Shown here in pieces: positions 33,399 through 46,680 of a stretch of DNA of 64,000 bases. The notes beneath the pieces were generated by a model. It made no database searches. It worked only from the letters and a program-made list of their open reading frames with translations, and was not told where the DNA came from. Source of the DNA: Mobula hypostoma (lineage: Eukaryota); assembly GCF_963921235.1 (NCBI RefSeq), contig NC_086107.1, positions 111,168,001-111,232,000 of the forward strand, written 5' to 3'. Position 1 is the stretch's first letter; each line of letters opens with the position of its first letter. Both the position numbers and the translations under genes were made by a program.

Positions 33399-36300
33399 AT
33401 GGAGTCTATTATTAATTTTGTCTCCTGGAATACTAATGGTCTTAATCATCCTATTAAAAGGAAAAAAGTTTTTAAAGTGTTCCGGAGACTTAAAGCACAA
33501 ATTTTATTTTTACAAGAGACCCATATACGGAGGGGGGACAGACTACGTTTTTTCAAATTCTGGAAGGGACAACAATTTCATTCAAACTCCAATGCTAAGA
33601 TTCGAGGCGTCTCTATTTTTATAGATTCCTCAGTTACTTTTACACAACAGGATATTATCTCTGATCCGAATGGTAGATTTTTATTGGTTAGTGGTTTACT
33701 ATTTAATAAAAAAGTAGTTTTGGTTAATGTTTATGCTCCTAATATGGATTGTCCGGAATTTTATAAATCATTGTTTGATCAGTTTCCGAATTTGAACGAG
33801 TTTTCATTGATTTGGGGCGGAGATCTTAATATCTGTTTGTCTCCAGCTTTGGACCATTCGGCTCCTTTACGGACTTTACCTAATAAATCTGCAAACTTGA
33901 TTAATTTTTTCCTTTCTGATTCTGGGTCGACGGACATTTGGCGTTTTCTGCATCCTCAGGAAAAAGATTTTTCCTTCTTTTCACATGTTCATCATTCCTA
34001 TTCAAGAATTGATTATTTTTTCATTGATTCTCGTCTCATTCCTTCAGTGATTAAATGTGATTATGATTCTATAACCATTTCGGATCATGCTCCACTTAAG
34101 CTTTCTATTAAAATTATGGCCAATATACCAAACAATAGACAATGGCGTTTTAATTCGCTGTTGCTTCAGGACTCGGACTTTGTTAATTTTATGAATGAAC
34201 AGATTGAGCTTTTTTTTTTACAATTAACCATACAGAAGATATTTCGGTTAACACTCTTTGGGACACTTTTAAAGCCTATATTCGGGGTCAGATTATTTCG
34301 TATTCCGTTGCTTTGAGGAAGAAACAGAAGCAGGAGGAGATGGCAATTGTGGACAAGATTAAAGAAATTGATAAGAAATATGTTATGGCTCCTTCTGAGG
34401 AGTTATACAAACAAAGAACTGAACTTCAAATGGAACACAGTTTACTACTCTCGTCCTCGATTGTAAACCAATTAAAGAAAACAAGAAGTGACTTTTATGT
34501 TCACAGTGATAAAATTGGCAAGCTGCTGGCTAATCAATTGAAATCTAATTATGTTAAATCTCAATCAGATTTATAACCAAAATGATCGATTGATATTGGA
34601 TCATGTGGGGATTAATCAAACCTTTTGTGATTTTTATTCTTCTTTATATCAATCAGAGTCTCCTCGAGATTCTAAATATATGAATGATTTTTTAGATAAG
34701 TTAGACTTCCCTCAGATTTCACAGGATATGTCTTCTTTATTAGATACTTCCATTACAATGGATGAGATTAAGAATGTTATTTTTTCTATGAATCTGGGGA
34801 AAGCTCCTGGCCCTGATGGGTTTACCGTTGAATTTTATAAATGTTTTGCTTCTTTATTGATTCCTTGGCTCTGTAAGGTTTTTGAGGCTTCTTTGAAACT
34901 TGGTAAACTTCCTGAATCTTTTAATAGAGCATCAATTTCTCTAATACTAAAGAAGGATAAAGACCCTGCTCAATGTGCATCTTATAGACCAATATCTTTA
35001 CTAAATGTTGATTCTAAAGTTTTTTCTAAGTTATTAGCAAATAGACTAGAAAAAGTACTTCCTTCTATTATTTCGGAAGACCAAACGGGTTTTATTAAAG
35101 GTCGTTACTCTTTTTATAATATTCGTACATTGTTAAATATCGTTTATACTCCCTCACAAAATGTTCCTGAGTGTGTTATTTCTTTAGATACCGAGAAAGC
35201 TTTTGATAGAGTAGAATGGCCTTATTTATTTAAGGTGCTTGAAATGTTTAATTTTAGCTTGAAATTTATATCCTGGATTAAACTGTTATATCACTCCCCT
35301 GTAGCCTCGGTTCGTACTAACTCTTTAAACTCACCTTTTTTTCCTCTCTTTCGTGGTACTCGACAAGGCTGTCCTCTTAGTCCCCTATTATTTGATATTG
35401 CATTAGAACCTCTTGCAATTGCTATTCGAGAATCTTCAAATATTACTGGGATAACTCGGGGATTAAAGTCCCATAAATTATCACTCTATGCTGATGATTT
35501 ACTTTTATATATTTCTAATCCTGAGAGATCCATTCCTGCTGTTTTAGAGTTATTAGCACAATTTGGTCTTTTCTCAGGTTATAAATTAAATCTTAGTAAG
35601 AGTGAACTTTTTCCGATTAATAAACATCTTCCCTTATATTATAAATTTCCATTTAAATTGATTAATAATTACTTTTCATATCTTGGGATTAAAATTACTT
35701 GTAAACACAAAGATTTATTTAAGACTAACTTTTTACCATTAATAGACCATATTACTCAACTTTCATCTAAATGGTTTCCCTTATATTTAACTTTGATTGG
35801 TCGTATTAATGCAGTTAAGATGTTTTTTTTGCCAAAATTTTTATATGTGTTTCAGGCATTACCAATTTTCGTTCCTAAATCTTTTTTTGATAAAGTTGAC
35901 TCTAAAATTTCTTCATTTATTTGGCAGAATAAGAATCCGAGACTGGGTAAAATACATTTACAGAAAGCTAAGAGAGATGGAGGTTTAGCATTACCTAACT
36001 TTAGATTTTATTATTGGGCTATTAATATTCGACATATGAAATTTTGGTTACTTGACCAGGACATACTATCTATTCCTAAATGGGTAGCATTGGAATTACA
36101 ATCTGTTCAGGGTTATACACTTGGTTCTATTTTAGGTTCCTCTCTTCCTTTTGATTCGAAACGTCTTAAGCAGGTCTCTAACCCGATAGTTAAATATGCT
36201 TTGCGCATTTGGTTTCAATTCAGAAAATTTTTTGATCTTAATTAATTCGGGTTAGCGATTCCTATTTTAGGTAACATATTTTTTCCTCCCTCTTTTACGG

Positions 36301-37172
36301 ATCGCGCTTTTCAAACTTGGAAGACTAAGGGTATTTTACGGTTTTTGGATTTATTTTTAGATGGTTCCCTTATGTCTTTTGAACAATTATCTAATAAATA
36401 TAACTTATCAAGAATACATTTTTTTAGATATTTACAAGTTAGAAATTTCCTAAGTACTATACTTTCTTCCTTTCCAATGCTTCCTCCTATATATATTTTA
36501 GATTCGATAATTAACCTTAATCCATGTCAGAAAGGTGCATCGGCTATGATTTATAATATTATTATGAAACTTAGGAAAGCTCCATTTGATAAGATTAGGG
36601 TAGATTGGGAACAGGAATTGGGGCTTACCATTTCTGTGGATGATTGGGGGCAGATTTTACAATTAGTTAATACTTCCTCTATTTGTGCTAAACATTCCCT
36701 AATTCAATTTAAAGTGGTTCATAGAGCACATATGTCCAAAGATAAGTTAGCGCGTTTTTACTCGCATATTAATCCTTTCTGTGATAGATGTTCGGGGCAG
36801 ATAGCCTCTTTAACTCATATGTTTTGGTCTTGCCCTACTTTGGAAACTTTTTGGAGAGATATTTTCAATATTATTTCTAAGGTATTAAATATAGATATCT
36901 CTCCTCACCCTATTACTGCTATCTTTGGACTACCTAAAATTTCTAGTAATCTTTCCCCTTCAGCCCGTAGAATGATTGCATTTCTTACTTTAATGGTGAA
37001 AAGATGTATTTTACAACATTGGAAAGAGCTTAATGCTCCAACTACCTTTTTTTGGTTTTCTCAGACGATTTTATGTTTGAATTTGGAGAAAATTAGAAGT
37101 AACCTTTATGATTCTTCATTTAAATTTGAACAGATTTGGGGACCTTTTATTCGATATTTTCATTTAATGTAA
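33399..37172 (+). pseudogene. L1 ORF2p (APE-RT-CCHC) with two frameshifts and one stop
   Basis: SWNTNGL, LQETH, NVYAPN, SRIDY, SDH, APGPDG, YRPISL, RQGCPLSP, YADD, CDRC...HMFWSC. Lesions: T10 run at 34210-34219, a small deletion at ~34565, TAA at 36243. Confidence 0.93.
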
Positions 37173-38244
37173 TATTTACCCTTCTTGTTTTTTTTTTCAC
37201 TGTTTTTAATGGAGGTCGGGATTGAGGACGTGATTTTAAGTTTAACTCTGTTTGGTTTCAAGTTAGCCCATTGCTTTGCCTTGCTTTTAGTTAGCTGCAC
37301 GGTGGGTTTTTTTTTGGGGGTTTTTTTTTCTTTTTTTTCCATTGATATATATAAAATTTAGTATACTATTATGTTATCTTGGTTTCTTATGCTTAAATTA
37401 CATTGTAGTATTTTCTTTTTGGTATTGTTAACTTTTGGAATTTTATTATACTTCAACATTGTATTAATGTTTATATGGCTTACCTTTTTTGTATACTTAC
37501 TCAATAAAAAGATTTAAAAAGAAAGAACAACATACTCTGACCTCTCCCTACCGCAGGTATTCCCTTTGACCTATCCATTCCTTCCCCTTTTCTGCAACTT
37601 GACACTAACTTTCTACTCGCTTTCCCAATTCTGATGAAGTCTCTCTTTCCCAATTCTGTCCAAATGATTTTTGGCCTAAAATGTTAACACTGTGTCTCTT
37701 TCCATGGATGCTGTCTGACCTACAGTTTCCTTCCAACATTCACTGTTGATAAGACTGTAAGATACAAGAAGCACATTTGGACCATTCCGCGTATTGAGAC
37801 TGCCCTACCACTCGATCATGAATGATTTGTATTCCCTCACCATCACATTCTTCTGCCTTCTTCTCACAACTTTTGGCACTCTTACTAATTGCTGATTAAG
37901 AACCTATCATCCTTCGCTTTAAATACATATACCCAATGACTTTGCGTCCACAGCATCCATGGCAATGAATTTCACAGATTCACCACTCTCTGGCAAGAGA
38001 AATTCCTCATCTCCTTTCCAAATGGACATCTGACTATTTTGAGGCTGTGCCTCCTGTCCTAGACTCTTCACTATTGATTATAGTTTTATTTGTCACATAT
38101 GCATCAAAACATACAGTGAAATGTTATGTGTCAAATCAGTGCTGGGCAGCCCACAAGTATTGCCATGCTTCCAGCACAAACATAGCCTGCCCAAAACTCA
38201 CTTACACTAACCTGCATGGTTCTGTGCAAAATTCTTTGGGCAAA

Positions 38245-39818
38245 CAGTGCCTATAAAAAGTATTCACCCCCCTTGAAAGTTTTCATGTTTTATTGTTTTA
38301 CAACATTGAGTCACAGTAGATTTAATTTGTTTTTTTGACACTGAATAATAGAAAAAGACTCGTTTGTGTCTACGAAGCGATCTGAATTATTTACAAATAT
38401 AAAACACAAAATAACTGATTGCTTAAGTATTCATCTCTTCAAGTCAGCATTTAGTAGATGCACACTTGGCTGCAATTACAGCCTTAAGTCTGTGTGGATA
38501 GGTCTCCGTCAGCTTTGCACATTTGGATACTGCAATTTCCCCCATTCGTTACAAAACTGCTTAAGCTCTGTTAGATTGTATGGGGATCATGAGTGAACAG
38601 CCCTTTTCAAGTCTCAGTTGGACTGAGGCCTGGACTCTGACGTGGCCATTCCAGGACATTAACTTTGTTGTTTTTAAACCATTCCTGTGTAGCTTTGGCT
38701 TTATACTTGGGGTCATTGTCTTGCTGGAAAACAAATCTTCTCCCAAGTCGCAGTTCTCTTGCAGACTGCATCAGGTTTTCCTCCAGGATTTCCCTGTATT
38801 TTGCTGCATTCATTTTACTCTCCACCTGCACAAGCCTTCCAGGGCCTGCTGCAGTGAATCATCCCCACAACAGCTACCACCATGCTTCATGGTAGGGATG
38901 GTGTGTTTTTGTGTGGTGTTTGGCTTGTGCCAAACATAGTGTTTAGTCTGATGGCCAAAAAGCTCAACTTTGATTTCATCAGACCATAGAACCTTCTTCC
39001 AGCTGACTTCAGAGTCTCCCACATGCTCTGTGGCAAACTCTAGCTGAGATTTCATGAGTTTTTTTCCACAGTGGCTTTCTCTTTGCCACTCTTCCAAAAA
39101 GCTGCGACTGGTGAAACACCCGGGCAACAATTGTATGCGCAGCCTCTCCCATCTCAACCACTGAAGCTTGTAACTCCTCCAGAGTTGTCATAGGTCTCTT
39201 GGTTGTCTCACTCACTAGTCCCCTTCTTGCACAATCACTCAGTTTTTGTAGGCTGCCTGTTCTAGGCAGATTTACAGCTGTGCCATATTCTTTCCATTTC
39301 TTGATGATTAACTTAACTGTACTCCAAGGGATATTTATTGACTTGGAAATTTCTTGTATTCATCTCCTGACTTGTGCTTTTCAATAACCTTTCCACGGAG
39401 TTGCTTGGAGTGTTCTCTTGTCTTCATGGTGTAGTTTTTGCCAGGATACTGACTCACCAGCAGCTGGACCTTCCAGATACAGGTATATTTTTACCACAAT
39501 CAATTGAAACACCTTGACTGCATACAGGCCTCCAAAAACAGATCTCCATTTAACTAATTATGTGACTTCTAAAACCAGCTGGCTGCACTAGTGATGATTT
39601 GGTGTGCCATATATTTTATGCAATCAATTATTTCGTGTTTTATATTTGTAATTAATTTAGATCACTTTGTAGAGATCTGTTTTCACTTTGACGCAAGTTT
39701 TTTTTTGATCAGTGTCAAAAAAAAAAGCCAAATTAAATCCACTGTGATTCAATGTTGTAAAACAATAAAATATGAAAACTGACTGGGTGGGGCAGGTGAA
39801 TACTTTTTATAGACTCTT
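38245..39818 (-). mobile_element. Tc1 transposon (~1.57 kb) with decayed transposase
   Basis: TIR CAGTGCCTATAAAAAGTATTCACC / GGTGAATACTTTTTATAG. Motifs WKKVLWSDE, PTMKHGG, FQQDNDPK, LEWPRQSP. Confidence 0.92.
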
Positions 39819-40930
39819 TTGATGTAGCTAGGGTGCCTAAGACATCTGCACAGTACTTTATTTGCCAATGTGGAGCGGAGACTGAGTTTGTAAATCTGGC
39901 AGGAGGAAAAAGATATTGGGAACAGTGAGGGTGGATTGCTGGGGTAAGTGTGGGACAGGCGGCAGAGAAGGAGTGTCAGGGGCGAGTGTAGACTCCAGGC
40001 AAGGTCATTTGATTCCAATAATTGGTTTATTGATCATTGCAGAAAGCTGTGCTGCCTCTTTTGGAAACATCCTCTGACACCTTGACCGGAGCATCTAATA
40101 AATGGCTACGATGCTTTCTAAGGCCCACCCACTCCAACCTAACCCCATCCCCCTTGAAGAGGGAGTGTCACCCAGGAGCAGGTGCGAAGGCAAGTTTGTG
40201 ACATACGTCACAAACCAATTACTTCTGATCATTAACGAAGACTGACCAGCAGCTCAGAGCACGATGGATCACCTCCACGATCTCGGAAGAAATTGGGGTT
40301 GTGAATTGTGGGATCTGAGCCTTCGTGGCTGGACCTTGCTCGACGAGTTTGAAAATTTCCAGAGGATAGGAAATATGGCAAATTTATAAGGATCACGCTG
40401 CAAGTCTGCACTGGATACACACAAAAAAAAATGTTGGGCCTCTACTCACTGGAGTTTAGAAGAATGGGGGAGCTGGGATCTCATTGAAATCCATTGAATA
40501 TTGAAAGGTCTAGATACAGTGGACGTGGAAAGGATCTTTCTTATAGTGGGTGCGTCTTGGGCCGGAGGAAACAGCCTCAGAATAGAAGGACGTCCCTTTA
40601 GAACAGAGATGAGGAGGAACTTCCTTAGCCTGAGGGTGCTGAATCTGTGGAATCTGTTGGCACACATAGCTGTGGAGGCCAAGTGATGGGGTATATTTAA
40701 AGCAGAGGTTGATAGGTTCTTGATCAGAAAGGGGGTCAAAGGTTATAGCTATGGGACATTCCCACCAGACCAGGCTCAAAAAAAATCTGGTTCATTTTCA
40801 CAGATGGAAGACTGGTACTGGAGATGGATGTGACTGATCCCCACCTGTGCCAAAACACTCCATTACATGAGGTGCCAGAACCAATCGGAAGTGGGCAAAA
40901 CCAACAGTGTGAGCCCCATCCCATACTTAC

Positions 40931-41008
40931 ATTGTTAGCTGTAGCGATAATGAGAAAGATGATGGTCATCAGGTGCAAGAGGCAGATTGACACTAGTAAC
41001 AGCAACAT
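40931..41008 (-). CDS. emp1: PMP22/EMP-family gene, first coding exon (MLLLLVSICLLHLMTIIFLIIATANN; TM1)
   Basis: ATG at 41008, 78 coding nt, donor AAT|GTAAGT at 40931/40930. The upstream acceptor tctccacAG|G puts the exon start at 41056. The hydrophobic N-terminus with His matches PMP22/EMP proteins. The paralog call (emp1) is less certain than the family call. Confidence 0.93.
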
Positions 41009-44000
41009 ATTGAATCCAAGAAGTTATCTTTAGTTGACTGCTGCACAATTTTGACCCTGTGGAGAGTACAAATACATTAGACATAAGACGTCAGTCATAA
41101 GACATAGGAGCAGAATTAGGCTGTTCAATCCATCTAGTCTTCTCTGTCATTCCATCATGGCCAATTTATTGTCCTTCTCAACCTCATTCTCCTGACTTCT
41201 CTCTGTAACCTTTGATGTCCTTACTAATCAAGAACCCATCAAACTCTGCTTTAAATACACCTAATGACTTGGCCTCCGCAGCAGCCTGTGGCAATGAATT
41301 TCACAGATTCACTACCCTCTGGTTTACAAAAAAAAAATCTATCCTGATCTCTGTTCTAAAGGGATGGCCTTGCATTCTGAGGCTATGTCCTCTGGCCTTA
41401 AACTCTCCCACAATACGAAAAATTTTCTTCATGTCCTCTCTATCTAGGCCTTTCAATATTCACTAGATTTCAATGAGATCTTCCGTCATTCTTCAAATCT
41501 CCAGCAAGTACAGGCCCAGAGCCATCAAATGCTCCTCGTATATTAACTCTTTCATTCCCAGGATAACTTGTGAACCTCCTCTGGACCCTCTCCAATGTCA
41601 GCACTTCCTCTCTCTGTTAAGGGGCCCAAAACTGTTCACAATATGTTGTTTGGTTGCTCATTCAACTTTATATATTGCTGGAATCAGCTAAACTCCAGGT
41701 AGGTCATGAATTTTCCAACATTTAATGAACAATAATTGGATACATTGATGGTAACAGCCAAGATTCCTGGAATTCTTGATCTAACTAGAGACATGGGAGG
41801 CTACAGATGACAGAATCTGGGTGAACTCAGTGGGTCTGGCGGCATCTGTGGAAGGACGTGGACAGTTAATGTTTTGGATTGAGACCAGATAAATGGTGTC
41901 GACCCAAAAAGTTGGCTCCCCATTTTCCTCCATGATTGCTGCCCGACCTGCTGAGTGTTTTGTGTGTTGCTCAGTGATCTACCCAACCCATCTTGGGCGG
42001 TGCAAGTTCGGCGCTCAGCCCTCGCCTTACTTTCCCGTCCAAGCCTGTTGGGTGTTGTTGATCCCTCCAATGTCTCTGCCACCAACATCAGACAAGCAGC
42101 TCACTAGGAGTACTGGCAAAGAGATTCAAGACCACATCTAGAGATACTAAATTAGATTCTGTGTCACAAACTCAGGAAATCAAGCAAAATATACTCTCCC
42201 CAGGTTAGGAATGCACAACTTATAGACATCCTTACACATGAACCAAGTCCTAAATAGAAGGATAGTCTGAGTGAGTGAGGGCTTTTCTCTTTGTAGTGAA
42301 GGAGGATGAAAGGTGACTTGAGAAAGATGAACAAGATGCCTAGATCCAATGGGCAACTAGAGACCTTCTCCCCCCAGGGTGGAAATGACCAATATGAAAG
42401 CGTATAATTTTAAGATGATTGGAGGAAATTGTAGGGGAAGCTGCCAGAGACAAGTTTGTTTTTTTTTAATTAAAAAACAGAGTGATAAGTGCATGGAATG
42501 TTCTGCCGGGTGCAGTGGCAGATACATTAGGGGTCTTTAAGAAACTCCTACAAACAAGAGAAAATCTGCAGATGATGGAAATACGAGCAACACACAGAAA
42601 ATGCCGGAGGAACTCAACAGGCCAGGCAGCATCTATGGAAAAGAGTACAGTCAACATTCTGGCCCGAAACATCTGTCTTTTCCACATATGCTGCTTTGCC
42701 TGATGAGTTCCTCCAGCATTTTGTGTAAGAAACTCCTAGGTGGCCACGTGGCTGATGGAAACATGGGAGGGCTATGTAGGAGGAAGGGTTAGATTGATCT
42801 TAGAGTAGGTTAAGGGTTGGCACAATATTGTGGTGTTTGTACTGTACTGTAATATTCTACTATTAAATTTAAATGTCTGACATACACTGATGTAAGTGGT
42901 GTCACAGGTAGATACGTTCGTAAGGAAAGTTTTTGCCACATTGGCCTTCATAAATCAAAGTATTGAGTATAGGAGATAGGATGTTATGTTGAAGTTGTAT
43001 AAGACATTAGGGAGGTCTAATTTGGAGTATTGTGCGCCATTCTGGTCACTGTCCTACTGGAAAGACGTAAACAAGGTTGAAAGAATACAGAGAAAATTTA
43101 CAAGAATGTTGCCAGGTCTGGAGGACTTGAGTTATAAGATTGCGTAGAACATAGAAAACCTACAGCACAATACAGGCCCTTTGGCCCACAATGCTGTGCT
43201 GAACACGTACTTACTTTTGAAATTACCTAGAGTTACCCATAACCCTCTGTTTTTCTAAGCTCCATGTACCTATCCAAGAGCCTCTTAAAAGACCCTATTG
43301 TAAGTTAGGATTTTATTTCTTGGAATGTAGAAGATAGAGGGGAGATTTGATAGAGGTATAAAAAAATCGAGGGGTACAGATAGGGTAAATGCAAGCAGGT
43401 TTTTCCACTGAGGCTGGGTGGGAGTAGAACCAGAGGCCACAGGTTAAGGGTGAAAGGTGAAAAGTTTAAGGGGAACATGAGGGAAAACTTCTTCACTCAG
43501 AGGGTCGTGAGAGTGTGGAACGAAATGTCCGCACAAGTGGTGGATGTGAGCACAATTTCAACATGTAAGAGAAGCTTGGATAGGAATATGGATGGGAGGG
43601 GTAAGGAGGGCTATGGTCCTGGTGCAGGATGATGGGAGTAGGCAGTTTAAATGGTTTGACACAGCCTAGATGGGCTGAAGGGTCTGTTTATGTGCAGTAC
43701 TTTTCTATGTCTTTGACATACACTTGTTCCCAGGAATGGCAGAAGTAGTTTCCTCTCTCTCCCCCTCCATTTTCAGAAATAGTTCTTTCCTGTCATCCTT
43801 TTGACTTTTCAACGCTATCCATTCGAGCACAGTGGAAGTGAGATTACTGGATCAAGTGAGCTGTGTAATTTCTAACTCGGGGACAAAATAATCAGCTGTG
43901 AAAATGGACCCCATTCATTACTCAGCTCTCACTTAGTGGCTCCAAAATAGCTGTTTACTTGCGACACTAGCCACACCTGGTAAACTGCTTCTACAGGTGG

Positions 44001-45055
44001 GCTAAACCAGGCGGGGGTAGCTGGAGGCCTCGTATCCCAGTGAGAGTAGGGCATGCCAGCAAGCAAAGTCACCTCTAGTGAATCTACAGTGAGATCCCAC
44101 AGCCAGGAAGGCCCCTGTTTGTGACACTGGTTCGTACCATTGGACCCGAACTTCTGAAGTCAAGAGAGTGGAACCGCCCTCAGTGCAAGGGGCTTTTCCA
44201 CTTTAGAAACTCTCCGACACAAGTTTCCTGTCATCGACGGACAACCACCATTACTCAGTACAACCTGTACAAAGGACAACTCCTTCCTGTTAGATACAGG
44301 AGGCCCCTTGGCCCATCAGGTCCATATCAGCCCCAATCAGAGGAAATCCCATCAGTCCCATTTCATCCCTCAAGTCAAGTTCAATTGTCCTCCAACCGTA
44401 CACGAACATCGCCAAACAAAACAGCATTCCTCCTGGGCGAGGTGCAAAACACATAACCATTACCACACTGCACAAATAGCACTTATGGTTACAATTTCAG
44501 AAAAAATATAGTCACAAAGGGAAAAAGAACGTAGCCCAAGTTCCTGAAGGCATGGCTGTAGAACTGATGGCAAGTTGGCCTGGTCCAGCTTGTTCTTCAG
44601 TGAGTGGACAGCACTGACAACAACTCCATCTGCAATCTATCTTCTTATATTTGACCACCAACTAATTCCCTTTGACGTTTTCCCCCACCGCGCATTGCCA
44701 CCAAGTGACAGCTTACAGCAGCCAGTTAACCATCTAATACAGCACCAGGAGGGTGGAAGGTAACCTGACAGTGACACGGAGCACGTAGCGACTCTACTCA
44801 GAGCAGAGATTGGGACTGAACCCAGATGGTGGAGTTGCAAGGTAACAGCATTCACACCGCAACACACGTTCAGAAGGGATAAAGTTGCTCAGTCTCCCTT
44901 AGGTACCCGTCTGGTCATTACTGCTGCAGAGGCTGCTGCATGAAGTGAGGAAACTCAGAGGCCTAACTGTTGACTGGCCCTCTGTTGGTCATGGTTCGAC
45001 CATGGATATTGCGTCCTAGCAAGCCAGGGCAGTACGATACGGAGGGCAGCCTTCC

Positions 45056-45695
45056 CAGACATCCCACCTCTCCCGGAAGTTCCGGGAGTCTCCCGCATAT
45101 GAATAGTGGCTCCCTGATGCCCGCAAATTATATGCAGTATCACGGAAATCAATTTTTTTGAGAGCCCGCGAGAGAAAGCAAGAGAGTGCGTGAGAGCGAC
45201 GAGAGAGAGAGAGCGAGAGCAAGCAAACGAGAGAGCGAGCAAGAAAGCAAGCAAGAGCACGTGAGTGAGAGAGAGCACGAGCGAGAGCGCAAGAGAGCAA
45301 GCGAGAGAGCGTGTAAGTGACCATGAGAGAGAGAGACAGCGTGAGCGAGAGCGCGCCATGGCAGAGTGTTCCAAAAAAAAATAAAATGTACGTCACCCCA
45401 GACTACACTAAAATGTACCCCTGCCTAATAGGGGTCAAAATAATGACAGTGTTGCTCGCTGCACTGTTTGCAACAGTGACTTTTCTATTGCCCATGGTGG
45501 GTTAAGACTGTAAAAGACATGTTGAGGTGAGTTTAACAGGTGTCATTCGTTCATTAGCAGAGCTAATGTTATTTAAACTAGCTGGCTAGCTGCTCAGGAG
45601 CTACTCGATTGCAGACATCCCACCTCTCCCAGAAGTCTCCCGCCAATTGATGGTTCTACCTCCCTGAAATGAGTTTTTGCAGGGTGGGATGTCTG
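45056..45695. mobile_element. Non-autonomous DNA transposon (hAT-like), copy 2
   Basis: Same TIRs and body as 28411-29000; flanks CCTTCC / GCTTCC. Confidence 0.85.
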
Positions 45696-46384
45696 GCTTC
45701 CCCTCTCCACACAGCTGATGAATCCAAAGGAACGACGGAGATCGATACAGTTTAGCACCTGCAGGAGCTGCTCGTGAGCCATGAACTCAATGTAGGACTG
45801 CCTTAGGCATTCCAGACCTCAATCTTCTCCCCTTGGGGTTTACTCCCAAATCCTTCCCCATGAGTGGGTATAGCCACAAGGCAGTGGAGGTTTGAGATAA
45901 CACACGCAAAACACTGGAACTCAGCAGGCCAAGCAGCATCTATGGAAATAAAGGACAGTTGCCGTTTCAGGCTGGGTCCTGCCGAAGGTTCTCGGCCCAA
46001 AACGTCAACTGTACCTTCTTCCCCATAGATGCTGCCTGCCCTGCTGAGATCCTCCAGCATGTTGTGTGTGTTGCTCGGATTTCCAGCATCTACAGTTTTT
46101 CTTGTTTGTGTTGAAGTTTGAGATCAGTTTTCCCTCTAATAGATGAGCTACAGACCACAGCAGTCCAGCTCTATCTGCCCGAAGCGACAGGTTTCAAGGT
46201 GCCAGTAAAGTGCCAGTCAGTAGAAACGGTACCACCGGGCTTGGTAGCTAAGCTACACTTGAAGGCTAGGAGCTGGACTTGGTTTTCAGAGACAGTGATG
46301 TTTGTCTTGTGAGCATTTAATTGATAGCGGGAGCTCATCCCCACCACCTCCTCCGGCTGTGACAACCTTCGGGAACCAGCCTTA

Positions 46385-46680
46385 CTGTTACATAATGCTT
46401 TACAGTGCTAGCCACTCAGGTACAGTTCCCACCACTGTCATTTGTATGTTCCCCCAGTGACCACCTGGGTTTCCTCTGGGTGCTCTGGTTTCCTCCCACA
46501 TTCCAAAGGCATACAGGTAGTAAGCTGTGGGCATGCCACGTTGCCACTGGAAGTCCGGTGACCCTCGCGGACTGCTCCCAACCCATTCTCGGACTGTGTT
46601 GGTAGTTGACACAAACAATGCCTTTCACTATGTTTCAAAGTTTTCATGTACAGGTGACAAAAAACTAATCTTCACCTTTG
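46385..46680 (+). mobile_element. SINE (V-SINE-like central domain)
   Basis: tgggtttcctctgggtgctctggtttcctcccaca.tccaaag block. Related copies at ~5575-5680, 13840-14010, 26483-26780, 50150-50340 and 50565-50790. Confidence 0.6.

Larger units (their letters stand above)
31920..37526 (+). mobile_element. 5'-truncated L1 LINE (5.6 kb), antisense in the EMP intron
   Basis: Exact 15-bp TSD ACAACATACTCTGAC (31905-31919, 37527-37541). Contains ORF1, a ~745-bp spacer, ORF2, AATAAA at 37503 and an A/GAAA tail. Confidence 0.96.

Noticed and set aside
40194..40215. Perfect 9-bp-arm palindrome GTTTGTGAC-ATAC-GTCACAAAC
   Set aside because: Too short to exceed chance in 64 kb, and there is no supporting context.
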